Source: Lama glama
Lineage: Eukaryota
Direction of reading: 5' to 3'
DNA: 64,000 nt
NCBI GenBank assembly: GCA_028534125.1
Contig: CM052816.1
Coordinates: 70,744,001 to 70,808,000 of the forward strand
Shown: one piece after another, positions 50,376 to 64,000 of the stretch
How the letters are laid out: the number at the start of each line of letters is the position of its first letter
Numbering within the stretch: the stretch's first letter is position 1
Translations under genes and position numbers: made by a program
The notes under the pieces: model-generated
The model's input: only the letters and a program-made list of their open reading frames with translations
Databases searched by the model: none
What the model was told of the DNA's origin: nothing

Positions 50376-50644
50376 CTCATGTTGCGCAAATTTTATTTTT
50401 GACCATGCTACCGTATTACCTTTATCCTTCATAAAAGTGTCAGCTCTCAGAGGTCAGGGCCTGGTATCATAATTATATCTCTTATATCCTCCAGAGTTCC
50501 TAGATTTCAAACTAGTAGGGGTGACTCAATGCAGAGAACTGGCCTGTCCCTGCCAGTTTGAACTGCCAGCTTTTGTTCTGATTGTTCAGTGCCCACATTA
50601 CTCCAGTTATTTCATCTTTTACTGTCATATCGCAAGAGAATTTT

Positions 50645-50880
50645 TCCTTTCACATTTTTACATACAGAAATGTTGAAAAAATTATACATTGTGTATCCCC
50701 ACTACCTAGATTCTGCAATTCACATTTTGCTGTATTTACTTTATCATACATATATCCTTCATCCTTCTAGCTATCTGTCAATCCATCTTATTTTGTGTGT
50801 GTGTGTTCTTAGAAGTTTCAGACTTCACCCCTAAGCACTTCTGCACGTGTACCTTTGATTAGGGTTTGATATTTGGTTAC
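50645..50880 (-). mobile_element. Old L1MC/ME 3' end fragment
   Basis: acatacagaaatgttgaaaaa...ccactacctagattc...acattttgctgtattt...cacccctaagcacttc. Confidence 0.55.
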
Positions 50881-52479
50881 TGCTTTTTTTTTAAATAAAA
50901 CCTAAGCTGAATATATTTTTGTATTTGGAATTTGACACATGGAGTAATTAAGATTAACACAAGGATAAGTTGACCAGTGGAAGGCTACTGGGAACAGTTG
51001 ATATTTGAGTCAGAAATTTGTTAACCTAGATGAAATTTTGATTACAATAACAAATGGAGGTCCTCTTTATAATCTCTGTCTTCAGCAAAGTTTACTTAGA
51101 ATAAATAGAAGAGAAAGTCAGATATGTTCCAGGAGTCTGAAGTCTCAAGGTAAAGGCTGATTCTAATGGAAACTGTAGATTGTGATGAATTGTGTAGCTT
51201 TCCCAGCAAAGGTTAAAGGAATATTGATGAAGTCAGAGACCATTTCAGTTGTTTTAAAACTCTCAGTTTTGTGACCTATGCTTCTGTCAGGTTATGAAGC
51301 TAATATTCTCTCGATCAGCTGAATAAGCTGTACAGATCATTAAAATAGTGCATTTAGACATTGTCTTCCTTCATCATATAGTTTGTCTGTGCAAACAAAG
51401 TCTTGTGGTTCTATTGCTCTCACCTCAAAACCTTCATAACTTAGACAACATGTACACCACTTTAAGTGTCTGCCAATGTTCACACAAGGGAAGGGGAACA
51501 TCAGTCTTGATGATAACTTGGTAAATTCTTGAGAAATTGATTATATTGTATCCAGTTATCCCAACATGTAACATCTTCATTGCTCCCTCGCTCGCTCACG
51601 CTCTCTCTCTCTGTCTCTCGTAGGAGAAGAACTGGGTTTCATTTTCAGTCATTATGGAATTGTTTTTACTTTTTTTCTGCCCTGGCATGCAGAAATCTCA
51701 AAAGCAGATGAGGGAGCTGAGAGAATGCAAAAGGCCTGCTATTAGCAAGATTTAGCTAAGGAACATCTAAAAATTGATTTAATTTGTGTTTCAGAGGTGG
51801 AACTTTATCCTTGGTCAGCTTGAGGTATTATTGCACTGCAAACCGATCAATCCTGCCTGATCCTCCAAAGTCTGCAGAAGCCTAAATGGATTGTTCCACA
51901 GTCTGCCCAAAGGACTTGGACTTCATCCTCTACAACACAGAAGAAGAGATCCAATGTTAAATTAGGACAAAGGTAAATACATGATATGAGGTGTGTTTCC
52001 AGGGTGCTTTAGAGGCCTTTCTACCCTTTTGGCTGTCTTAAGCAAAAGAGGGAGAGAGGCTCAGGTTGACAAGAAAGCTATATGAAAGAGGTAAGCCTAA
52101 ATTCTTGATGTTACTCAGCCCCATACTGCTATTTCCAGAGCACTACCAAAGTCTTCATGGATGCAATTTTGCTGACACAGAAATTCTAGAGTCACATGGT
52201 TCCCGGCACCTCGGAAGAGGGCTAAGTGTTGGCTGAGTGAAAGTCCACAGTTCAGTAACTAGTGCAGTGAGCAGAGACTCACAGTCAAGGCCTGTCCTCC
52301 CTCTAGAAGTCAAGGTTCTAAAGGATCCATCCTTCCACAGAAAATGGGGACCTCTTGGGATATTACACCACAGGTTATACATTGAAAATTTGTAGATTTC
52401 TAGGGGACAGGTTTGTGTTGTAAGTACCTAAACAGGCCTAGTGTGGGAAAAATAGCATGGGCATAGTTTTTCAGCCCAC

Positions 52480-52670
52480 AGCCTCAGGGAGACAAGAGGG
52501 AGTGGTGGGGACTGTGGCAAACTGGAAACCCTGTGCCCTATCTAAAGCAGGCAGCTGCATTCAGCTCCAGTTGTTTAATGCCTTGTGGAAATGCATACTC
52601 AGTACTGAAGAGTTTCTGATTTTTCAAGAGCAGTTAGAATTTGATTTGAAATTATTAACTTTTAAAATCT
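52480..52670. mobile_element. MER103C-like hAT-Charlie element
   Basis: gggagtggtggggactgtggcaaactgg...tctaaagcaggcagctgcattcagctccag...ttctgatttttcaagag. Confidence 0.65.
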
Positions 52671-53981
52671 GACAAACTACCATCCTTTGGGATCTCAGTT
52701 TTCACTTTAATGAATACAAGGTTCAATTAGGTGACAGAATGTGCATTACAGCACCAGGTGTCAACATCTAGGCACATGTACTAATGACTGCTACTGCATA
52801 GATGACTGCTTCAATGCTCTTCTCTTCTTGTGATGAATCTTTCTTTTGAATTCTATCTAACAATTGTAACTATGCTAGAGTTCAGAGGGATCTAATCTCT
52901 GTGCTGGTTTATACTGATGGAGGAAGCTACGTTCCCAATAGTCTGAACTCACAAAGCAGGCTAGTAGCTTGCTCAGGACAAAGTGGCTGGTCTCATCTGC
53001 CTGGCTCAGGGAATTTTCCAGAAAAACATGGTGCCTACCATGTCCAGTTGAATTTCCTATCTGTTAGGCTATTTCTTGCAAACCTCAAAGAACATGTGTT
53101 AGATCAATTTTTATTTTTCTAAAATTTCTACAGGGCCTGCAGTAGAAATTCATGAAGTAAAATACTATGGATTGCACTTTTGAGAAACTGTGACCTTCTC
53201 CTTCTTCCATGCTCACCATCCCATTGAGATAGCTGGGGGAAAGGCACTGAAAGTTACTGGTGAGAGTGGCTGGACTCAAGGTAGGTCAGGTAGAGGGAAA
53301 TATCTGATAAAGGCAGCGGCTCCTCTAGTCAGTTCCCAGGTTTCTGTTTCCCTGATTCCTCCCAGCTCTCTTCTCTGTCTATTGGCAGAACACCACCTCA
53401 GCAATGCTAAGAAGGCATTTGAGGATCAAACACTTTAATGCTGAATTTCAGACAACTTCCTAGCTCAGCAAAGAGGAAACGTCAGGGCAGGATGTTGCTT
53501 TCAGGGCAGCTGAATACAGAAGACGTTGTAGTTTTTCCTGACGGACAGGTGGGGTTTGCTTACCTCCTATGAAATGTGTCCTCTGTGTTGAACATAGAGG
53601 TGAGCAGGGAAAAAAACTACAGGTGAGCAAAGCTCAGTGTTGAGGCCTCTGCCGTGATTTAGATTCCTGCTAAAGGAAGTGATATGGCAGCTAGCGTGCA
53701 CAGTGCCTGTCTGATGGCAGGTGGAAGTTGGCACTTGGGGGCTGGAAAGGCAGGTGGTCATTATCTCAGTATGGCAGGACTTCATAAGCAGGATCCAGTC
53801 CAACAGGAAAGACTAAATAAGGCCTGGATTAGTCTGGGATTTGGAATGCATTTGAACCTCTATGTGGAGAAATCAGAGCACTTGATTCAGAGACCAAGAC
53901 TGGGAAATAACGTGAACTTAATGATTTCTAGTTCTCAAGAGCAGTAGTATTGGCTTCCATTGGCCAATACCTGGAAGTTAC

Positions 53982-54435
53982 TGCAGTAGACTGAACTGTG
54001 TCTCCCCACAGGTATGTCCTTCTTAAAGCCTAGTAACTATGATTATGGTCTTATTGGGAAATAAGGTGTTTGCAGATGTAGTTAAATTAAGGATCTCCAG
54101 TAAGATGATCCTGAATTTAGGGTGGGCTCTAAGTCCAATGACTGATGTCCTTATAAGAGAAAGGAAAGGGAATTTGAGACATAGAGAAAAGAAAGACAAA
54201 TGAAGATGGAGGCAGAGGTTGGAGTTAAGTAGCTTCCAGCTAAGTAACGCCAAGAGCTGCTTACATACCTGAAGCTAGGCGAGAGGATGGAACAGATTGA
54301 GAGCCTCCAGAATCAACCCTGCCAACACCTTGATTTTGGATTTCTAGTCTCCAAAAGTGTGAGAGAATCAATATCTGTTGTCCTTAAGCCACACAGTTTG
54401 TAGTCCTTTGTTACAGCAGCCCTAGGAACCTTACG
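53982..54435 (+). mobile_element. MaLR solo LTR (MLT1B/C-like)
   Basis: tttgcagatgtagttaaattaagg...ccaatgactgatgtccttataaga...gaagatggaggcagag...ccctgccaacaccttgattttgga...tttgttacagcagccctagga. Confidence 0.85.
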
Positions 54436-57400
54436 CTACGGATAACTCATGCCCGACATTATTCTCTGAGGTTATTCTCTAGATGTTGTGTTCCAGCTAA
54501 TGTGAGAGGTGTATTTGTTTAATTGCTTTTGATCGCTCTTTCCACTTTTATTCACGGTGAAATCTATTTTTTTAAAACTCTGGGAATGTATTAAAATTCT
54601 ATGGTAATAGTTAAAAATAAAAATCAGTGCTGAGATGATTTAGAGCTGGCCATTAACTGGAAAGCATAACACATTAAATCTCCATTCTAGAATTATCTCC
54701 AGTATTCACCCCCAAATTTATTTTTTTATTAATTTATTCATGCATTTTCAACCCATTTTAATTGATCAAATATTGACCAAATGCTCACTCTGTGCTAGAC
54801 ATTATTCTTCTAGTTAACTTGGAAATACATAGTGATTAAGAAAGACCAATGCATATGCATTTTGGTAATATAGACAGGTAAGTAAACAATTAATCAAATA
54901 AGTAAATAATTACAGGCTGTATTAAATGTTGGTGACAGCACCATTTATTTGCCTGTAGCCCCTAGTGTTAGTACTTTTGGTTCTTGGTTATAATGGTCAT
55001 TACTTGCTGAATAGGATAAAGGGAGAGTACAAGTTCAAAATGTGGCTATTTAAACTAAATGCCATTATTTGCAGGACCCCTGCTGGATTTCACCTCTATC
55101 ATGCCTGGTTGTATCTCTATTTGAGCTTTGATTTCACACTACATGGAGAATCAAAGCCATTTAATTCACAGCACAGCATTGTTGCTGTCACTTGATACAT
55201 AATTGAAAGTAAATAACCTCAATGGCAGCCCCAAAGCTTAGATGTCAGAAAGCTTAATATCCTTTCTCTTCTAATGCAAATCACTAAGGAAAGAGCTGAA
55301 AAATTGATTCAGTGCTCTACGGACGGTACAGAAGTGTTCGTACAATGGAGACTTAGTTCATGTTGAAAACCTAAAGTATCACAAAAGCTGAGGAGTGAAA
55401 ACAATGTATATGTGGATATCAGAGTTCATTATTTTCTTGCTCATTTTCTTGCATTTGCCCATGTACAGAGTAACTAAGCTATTGCCATAACTCACAACAT
55501 GGACTGGCTTCAGTTTCATTTGAAGTCACAGTGTGACAGATATCAAGAAACCAAAGTGTTGTGAGACAAGACCTCTTCTCACCCCTGACTCTGCTGGCCC
55601 ATATATGCAGAGTTAACAAAGGGGATGGAGAGAGATTCTGTTCCAAATTTTTAAAGAGGGCTGGACAGAGGACTTTGTGAGAAGGGAGACTGTACATAGG
55701 TTTCTTTGGTGAGAGTAGTTTTATGCTATGAGGCTCCTGACCCATCTTTGGGGAAGGGTAGGGTGGATGTATACTAATTCCCACCACAGGAAGAAGAGCT
55801 TTCAGAAGCCTCCTGGGGAACACTGGGAGGCAGAGAGGATGCTGTCTTCTTGAGAACCCCAGAAGCAAGGGAAGGGTTGACTTAGCTGCTTTGTCAGAAG
55901 AGCCTGGACAGTCAGTGGTGTAGTGCTGAGAACAGTCCAAGAGTTTGCTGAGTTAAAGAATGAGTGAGTGTTTTCCATACATATATGAAACACACTGCAG
56001 AGACAATCAAAAAGGGATCAACTTGGATTCTCTTCCAGGAAGTCTGCAAAAGACTAAAAGTCTCAGCAGACTTACTGGATGCCTGGATCTAGTGGATTTT
56101 GGGATCTGAGAAAGCATCTATCTTAGTCAAAGGAAACACAGAGAGTTTTAACAAGGAACCTCCAAGGAGCCTTGAGAGCACCCCAATAAATGAACTCATC
56201 TGTAAACATCTTTAGAACCAGAAAGGAAGAACTTATTAAGCCCAGAAAGACCTTTTCTGTCCTTATTTCTCCAAATTTTCCTATGTTTCATCCTAGAGGG
56301 AGTGCAAAAGCAGTTAGAGGCAGGGGCGAGACAGTGAGCAGGGGCACAAGAGACGGCAACCAGGCAGCCCTTTCACACGTCAAGTTTCAAACCTCAAGAG
56401 AAAAGAGGGTTTAAATTGAGATTAGATTTTTCATTATTGCAGAGAATTGAAAAGCCTAAATTTCGACTTAAGGTTGTTGGCAGTCTTTAGTGACTGTAGA
56501 CTTGTCTTATCACCTGAGAGTGAGTAGAAAATTCAGACTCTTCAAAAGTTTTCTTATAGGGACAGAGGAAGAATAGGTGGAAACTGAGGAAAGTTTAAAG
56601 AGATATTTAGAGAAAAAGTTAGAGATGCATTTTGATCACAGGTCCACACCATGCTTATTAACGTGCTGGTTACACTTCATTACTGAAATATTTTCCACAA
56701 GTAGAACTCTGAGATTTGAATCACTGTAAATTCATTTTCCTTAAATTTTTTGTGGCATTCAATTAAAGTTTTTTGAGAAGTAATGAGATCATAACTAAAA
56801 ATGTAATAATCTCATTAAAATGTAGCATTAAATGAAGCATTTTAGTATTCTGACAATATAAATTTCCAAATGAGTCATAAAATATATGCTAGTATGCACA
56901 GAATTTATACTCAAGTTCTTTCTGTTCTGTGTCATTTATGAGGCCAGAATGATCATTGTCAGAGAGGACTCGCAGGTCCATGTTGTGGTCCCCCATGAGG
57001 GGCTAGCCTGCAAATGTTTGCACAGATCAGCCATATCAGTGTAGAAAATGATTCTCTCATTAAGGACATCCCAGTTGTTTTCATCAGCTGGTGTATTTGT
57101 AAATCTTTTCATTTTTATTAATGCCAATATTGTTTCCTAAGTGAATCTGCAGGAGTTATATTATTTCTTTTTGAAAAAATGAGTTTTCTCATCAAGATAG
57201 TTTCCTCTTTATTTTAGTATAGTGAATTCTTGGGAAAGTTCAGATGATTAAAAAGGAGAAATATTATTCAAGTTCAACTATTTTAAATAGTGGTCTACTC
57301 TATGAGAACAAAACTAGCAGTACTACATGGCAGCCCCTGCCCATCCGAGCAGCCCTGGTGACCCGTCCTCTGCTTCTTTCACTGTGATAAGCATGAAAAA

Positions 57401-58904
57401 TGAATCAGAATTTCTTCTTTAAAGTTAGCATGAAACATGGGCTCGAGCCTATGTCTTAGAGTAATGGTTTTTTTCTCTTCTTAGTTTTTTTGATACATAT
57501 TTTTGGGTGGTATTGATTATGGGAGCATAATATCAGATATGGGTCATCTGTAAGATAAGGGAACTGCAGAAGTATGCAATTCTCTTTTTTAAAAAATAAT
57601 TTTATGTTAACAATTTTAATTCATTACTAAACTTGAACTGTATGGAACAGGGTGCTGCAAGGAAGCTCTTAGCTACAGAAAAACACCAATTCCAAGCTAA
57701 TTAAAGAAGCATTTCAATTTAGGTCCAGTGAATACATTTAGAAGTTATGTTATATTTACCAACTGAATATAATTTAATATGTTAATTCTAACTATTGTAG
57801 TAATTAGCTGGGAAACACATATAATAGAAGCAGTTAAAAAATTAATTTATCTTGACTTCATGAGATAATGATTCTTGTTTTTAAGAGTAGATTATTGTGA
57901 AAATACTTCATCAAATTTTTGTACATTTAGAAAAAGAATGATTGGTAAATATTATACAACATCATTTGGTTTTTTTGTAATTAAAGAGACAATTTGTGTA
58001 TGCTTCTGGAATAATTCCTCTGTTGTAGTCTGAGCTTCAAAATCAGGAGTTCAGCACATACATTTCGAAAACTGGGATTCATTTTTGTGCTGTAAACTGA
58101 TGTGGCATGGTTTTAAAAATGAAGTATCTAAAAAGGCTTTAAAATTCTTCTCCCTGTCTTTAAGTAGGTTATAATATCTGTATGAAGATTTCATCCCTGG
58201 TGCCCTAAAAATAATCATTATTTTTCATATATTTGTGTCTCTTACCTTGTGGATTGTGTCTTTAGATATTTTTAGTTGAAATATTTTATCTTTTTATTTT
58301 TTTCATGATCTGGAAATTTATTGTTACATTTGATTATTAGGAGATTTTAGTGAAAATGTTACCCTCTTGGAGACAATAGAGAAAATGGCATGAATGTATT
58401 TTTCTTGCTGTGTGATACTAACTGCATCAAAAATTGTTAAAACTGTAGATATGTCTTAATTAACAATGAGATTAAATGTGATGTATGGACTGTGAATTTC
58501 TCCCTTATTTACATTGTAGCTTGATATTCACTAGCTTCCTTTTTCTTTATCCATTCAGTTATTGATACACAATTTTCCAAGGTATCCAATTTAAAATTGT
58601 GGCATCTTTGCCTAACTGCACTCCCTCATTTCCACACCAGGTAATGGTTCTGTGCCAGGTTCTTAGTTTAATCTTGAGCTTTGTGGGGACTGCATCTATT
58701 GCTGCTCATCTTTGCTTCTTCTGCCGCATTTAGCATAACATTTTGTGTATAGTAAGTTCTCAATAAATATAATTGAGTGAGGGGAATTTAAATGGTTGCT
58801 TAATTTCATGCACTAGGTGATTGAGCTGGAGGTATTGTTCAGATCTTCAATCTTCGTCTGGTTAGTAACTATGTTAAGGTGTTGCCTAGCAGATAATATT
58901 CTTT

Positions 58905-58988
58905 CTTCCATCCATTCAAAGAAAAAGATTTAGCGTGGGCACTTCTTATGAGCCAGGAACTCTCCTAGGTTCTGAGAATAGAGTAGTA

Positions 58989-59023
<35 letters not shown>

Positions 59024-59700
59024 AAGACATGATCATTGCTAAGGAACTTAATCATCTGGTAGAAAAAGATAGATATAATAAGTTAAAATTGTAGAAGGTA
59101 ATTTTTTGAACACTTACTATGTGCTGGTTGCCGTACTAAATACTCTTCATACATTATTTCATTTTACTCAAAATAAACTTATTTATTCTATTTATTTATT
59201 TAACAAATAATTTTTGATTATGTGTTTTGTGCTTGACACTCTTTTCAATACTGTTTTAGAAAAAATAAAGCATAAAAGGCCTACGGTATAATGGTAAGGA
59301 AAAGTTGTCTTTTTTTTTTAACAGAGTTGGGGAAGGTGTCTCTGAGGAGATCATATGCCAACAGGAGTGAGAGAGACCCTTGAGCAGATGAGTAGATTTG
59401 GAGGTAGAACATTCCAGAAAGAGGAGCAAGAAATACTACTGCACTGAGAGGGGAATGAGCTTGTTTTGCTCCAGAGATGGACCAAATGCATCAGAAGCTC
59501 CAGTGGATCATGTCGGGGACAGGGTTTGGGTTACGGGGGGAGAGAAGGGTGAAGTACAGGGTTGGAGATACTGGCCAGGACCAGATAATGTCAGGCCTTG
59601 TAGATGATAACAGGAAGTTTGTATTTTATTTTCAATATGATAGGAAGCCCTTGGAGATTTTTATCTGAGAGTATTGTGATCTCATTTGTATTTTCAAAAG
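58905..59700 (-). mobile_element. L2 LINE 3' region with a MIR-like interruption
   Basis: tccatccattcaa...gagccaggaact...gaacattccagaaagagg...gataggaagcccttggagattttt. Confidence 0.6.
58992..59021. repeat. (A)30 mononucleotide run
   Basis: Read directly; it lies inside the L2 element. Confidence 0.95.
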
Positions 59701-60021
59701 CTTTCCAGTGTCTCATATGCCATAGTTTGTTCAGACGTGCATTTCTTCACCCCATCATTTTTTCCTTTTACTTACATTAAAATAACTAGATATATGTATA
59801 TATTTATAAACTGAAAAAGGTTCACTGATCTCATGTAGTATTCACTTAAGCCATCTGAAAAGAAAGAATTTTGTTTTGTTTTGAAAGGTCTCCAGATATG
59901 AAATGAAAGTTACCTACCACTCTCATGTCAAAGACAGATTCTGTTTTTCTAGCTTGAGAGACAGTGTCAAGGATTCCTGATTCCAAATGGTATCAATGTC
60001 TTTGTTCATAAAAATCAGTGG

Positions 60022-60163
60022 TAGTGGGAGGGTATAGCTTAGTGGTAGAGTGCATGCTTAGCATGTCTGAGGTCTTGGGTTCAATCCCTAATACCTCCAT
60101 TGAAATAAATAAATAAACCAATTACCTTCCCCCAAAAGTAAAATAAAATAAAAAATTAATTTA
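60022..60163 (+). mobile_element. tRNA-derived SINE (Vic-1-like, camelid)
   Basis: gggagggtatagcttagtggtagagtgcatgcttagc (A box)...gggttcaatccc (B box), then an A-rich tail. TSD aaaaatca(gt/ac)gg at 60010-60021 and 60164-60175. Confidence 0.85.
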
Positions 60164-61544
60164 AAAAATCAACGGGAAACTCATTCTTTACTTGTTTAGG
60201 GAGACCAAGCTCTTCTTAAGTCACTGTTGAGTTTTCAGATTTCCTCCTGCCATGTGGCAGAAATAATGAACCAGAAGCAGAGTTCCAAAGCCAAACATTT
60301 GCCCAGAAGTGGTCAGAGAAGGAGCTAAAGTCTTACTTTGAGAGGAATTGAAGAGAAAGTAGAAAATAAAAAATAAGGACACAGAGTTCAGAGGAAATGA
60401 AGCAGAGGTCTCAATGGGAGGGCAGCCAGAAGGTGGAAGAGGGCAGAGCCCACGAAGAGAGAAGAATGAGACAAGAAGCCAGCTAGGATGCTGACAGCAA
60501 GAATGGCAGAAGTGTGTATCGGAAAGAGGATTTTTTTTCCTGAAAAGATGAAAATCAAAACCACAGAACACTTCATAGTTGATAATGGAAACTCTGAGGT
60601 CATGAACAGAAAGGAAAATTTACTGACAAAAGACTTCATTATAAACTGCAAGGAACTGGGTAATCAACAAGTAAATGTATAAGGAAATCATAAGAAAACT
60701 GGTCAGAATGTTTGCAGAGGTAAAAGTGAGATTTCAAGCAGGATTTTATCCGTAAATGGCGACAGCCCCCACTAATTATACTTCAGCCTTGATACTTCAT
60801 CTGTTTTGAGTATTTATGTTTCACCCTGTATTCTTCAAAGGTGAATTTTACATCCACTTTTGCAGTGTAAAGTATCCTCATTTGTTTAATGTGTTCTTAT
60901 CTCTTCAAATCCTACAACCTCTGATTCAATTAGGTAGATGGTGACTCCTGGGTTGCCTTCAGATTTATGGAGTCATATTTATCATTTTTAAAACAAATCA
61001 GATAAGGAAAGGTCTGCTCAATGAAATACAGTGATTTGTCATTTTAGAGGGAAATTTGTTTGCTATTTTATTACTGCTGTGAATCCAAATTATCTTACAG
61101 GTGTTTTAGAGATCTGTCTAGATCTGATAAGTTCTTTCTGTTTGGAATAAATTGGTTCTCTCCTCCCAGAAAGGATAACTGTGCCATATGCCCTGATGCT
61201 CACGGAGATCAGAAAGCCCTGGGAATATGAATGTGAAGCACAATGGGCTGCTGAATTCAGAGGAAGCAGGAGCATGCTCAGAAGCAGATCGTTTTCTAAC
61301 AAGCAGATGATTATTAGTTATTATTTTAGACCTTTGGGCTAATCACAGAGGAGACTATTAGCAGGTAATGGATTAAATAAGGTAGCTCTCTAATGTGAAA
61401 GAAAAAAAATAGTCTATGGTAGATCCACTGTTGTCCAGTTTTATGTAGCACATGAAATGGTTTTGAAAGAGACTGAAGGACATCAGCTTTCTTTTGAATA
61501 ATGTGAAAGACTCTGGGTTGCTTCTCTTTTAATTGGAAGCACAC

Positions 61545-61690
61545 TCTTGGTTCTGAAAATGAAAATTTAGAGCTGAAAAGATGTGGCTGATGAAGAAACT
61601 AAAGCTCTGGGAGGGTGGATGACTTGTCTGAAGTCTTACACCTCATCGATGTAACTCTGGAATGAAAACCTGCATCTCTGAAACATGTTC
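61545..61690 (-). mobile_element. MIR SINE fragment
   Basis: gatgaagaaactaaagctctgggagggtggatgacttgtctgaagtcttacac. Confidence 0.55.
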
Positions 61691-64000
61691 TGTGATTTTG
61701 CTGATTGATCCTTGATTATCCTTTTCTCTTTCCATTCGTGCTTTAGCCTATTGAACCTCATGTCAGCCTGCTTTCCTCGCTGTGCCAATATGAAAATTAA
61801 CTTTCAGTGTTGCATGAAAAGAACAATAGTGAGTGCTGGGGAAGAGACGTGTAAGGAAACTAGACAGGTCTGCAAATTGGTGGATGCTATTAAATATTTT
61901 TTAAAATGTAGGTACATAGCACTATATATATAGATTTATTCCCTTTGCTTTTCAAATAGAAAAATATCTCCTCCCTCAAATACTTGCAATGAACAGCAAT
62001 TACAAAACAATTGACAGTTGTTTGCAAGTTCCCTGAACACTTAAGAATCTTCTTTGTATTCATTTTTCAGGATTCTTGAATAATCATGCATTGTAATTGA
62101 CTCTTTTAAGTCAGTCCTGTCCCCTATTTATGTGAACGTTTCTAGATGTTAGCATTACAGTTGCTCATCTGTTTCCCGGATGTAATTGTGTCACTGAAGG
62201 CCCCCTTCAGAAAGCTAAGCTAAGCCGTCACGGCCCACCTGGGGGGAGGTAAGAAGGAAGACGATACTACAATGGCCCAAAGTTGCTGAAAGAAGCCAGA
62301 ACAGTGGAAGCTCCAGGGCTTTTGCCCAGAGCGTAGCATGTGTTCTGTGTTTAGCCCCACCGCTCATTATTGACCAGACACTCCCTGACTGTGAGCAATT
62401 TTTGTTCCTTGAGGCCTGCTGATACCGGCTCTGGTTCCCTCATTGATTTGAACATAATCTGCGTGTTGCATCTTTATTGGATTGCCATGATTCATTTAAG
62501 AGGAAATGTTTTTGATCCTTGCTGACTGGCTTTCACGGTGGGATGGGGTGGGTAGGGGGCTGGTGAGCAACCTAGAAAAGAAAATACTTTCAATGTTGCT
62601 CTTAGGTTTATGGCTGGAAGGGAGAACAGCTAAAACACATTAGTCCTTTCGCTATTCAGAGGTTTGACTGCTTTAGCTAGGGGCCTGGATTCATGATCCA
62701 TTTTCTGTTTCCTGTCCAGTGTCTATTTGATGCAGTATGCTCCGTGTCTCTTTTCATTAACTGAGACCTATATGATGTCAATTGAGAAAAACAGTAGCTG
62801 ATGTTATGAAATACTCACAGTGGCATGACAAAGATCTGTTATAAAGGCCTTTTACTTTCTTCCATTGTATATTTTACTATTGTGTTTTATGCCTGCAGCT
62901 TGGCTGTATTGAAAGAAAATATTTCAGCTGGGCCCTGCTGGGTTTTTTTTAACTTGCCTTTGAAATGCTAGGTAACAGTGAGCTCCAGCTATGGCAAACT
63001 CCTGACATGAACAGACATTAGCAAATGTGGGACAAGTAACCCCATTGAGGCACATAACAGTCATGCAAACATTCTACTTAAGACCAAACCTGCAAAAGGA
63101 GGCATAATCTTCTCTGAGGGTAAGTGAGGTTTGGATTAACTTTAGTGTCACAGATAAAGCACCCTTGATGACTATAAATTACACCCTGCAACGAGTGTGA
63201 GGTGGCACCATATTAGAGGACTCCCAGCAGATTTGGTTCTGAAGTGAGACATGTGACACCATGCACTTAAGTGGAGGAATATGAAGCTTTGTTGTTAACT
63301 CAAGTTGAAATGTACATGGAGGGCAAAAACTCAGAAAACTAGTACCTTTCCACCTTTCCAGTGCCCCTTAAGACCAGAAAATACTTTCTCCCAAACTCCC
63401 TTGGGCAGTTTAAGATGCAGTTTAGTAATCTGCTGCTGCATCATATTGATGGGAGAGGTGATAGGAAAACCTGGCATTACAGCTGTGATCTCAGTGGTGT
63501 GAAGTGATGCTAGCAAAACAAAAATAGATCCTGCAAATGGTTTGAGGGAAGTTATAGAGCTGAAAATAAGATCCCAGCTTTAATGAGACACGCTAATTGA
63601 TGGAACTCTGATTTGTGTTGCTTTTAATAATTGTATTTTAATTACTGAATTAATTGATAAGTGCTATAAATGGACTGCAAATGTGTTATCCATGTACAGC
63701 CATAGCATGCACTAAAAAAAAAAACTATTAAAAAGAGTTCCACACATTAAATTTATGTTACAAATAGGGAAAGTTCCAAGACTGGGTAATAAGTAACTAC
63801 TTACCAAGGACCAACATTTGACATCACTACTTAAGATCATAAATGCATTTTAAAGCCATGTAATTTAACAATATTAACTTTAACAGCATTTCTTTCTCCT
63901 TAATTTTTAGAAGTCTTTCTAAATGTTAATTTTTTTAAAGGAAAGTCTGGATTTTCTTTAATATTGATGGGACAACAGGCTTCTGACAAATTACAGCCAG

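Noticed and set aside
55479..55940. 153-aa minus-strand ORF
   Set aside because: Non-ATG start and no domain; the region looks like a decayed purine-rich LTR that I cannot classify.
60026..60100. Possible tRNA gene
   Set aside because: It has an A-rich tail and TSD and disrupted stems, so it is a SINE.
1..64000. CRISPR arrays, operons, rRNA, numts, or an intact viral or host gene
   Set aside because: No regularly spaced repeats, long ORFs, or rRNA/mitochondrial motifs were seen. Small exons of a large host gene cannot be excluded without alignment.

Overview
AT-rich, CpG-depleted mammalian genomic DNA with no CpG island, no recognisable host protein-coding exon and no prokaryotic features. 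It is either intergenic or deep intronic. A tRNA-derived SINE at ~60.0 kb resembles the camelid Vic-1 family, and I saw no Alu, Bov-tA, PRE-1 or CAN SINEs, so the source is probably a camelid (inference). Much of the window is transposon fossils: young L1 3' ends with target-site duplications (TSDs), a ~2 kb 5'-truncated L1 carrying the only recognisable protein remnant (ORF2p C-terminus), old L1M/HAL1 and L2 fragments, MIRs, MaLR/ERVL/ERV1 LTRs and hAT/Tigger MITEs. Repeat subfamily names come from recalled consensus motifs and need RepeatMasker/Dfam confirmation. I found no convincing new biological system. The best leads are: a multi-layer nested transposon stack (8.1-11.5 kb); a micro-inversion inside an ancient LINE ORF1 (14.07 kb); a palindrome-rich module with a TATA box and a possible 46-nt mini-intron (32.2 kb); several + strand exon-like units that could belong to an unannotated spliced transcript; and a few enhancer-like motif clusters.
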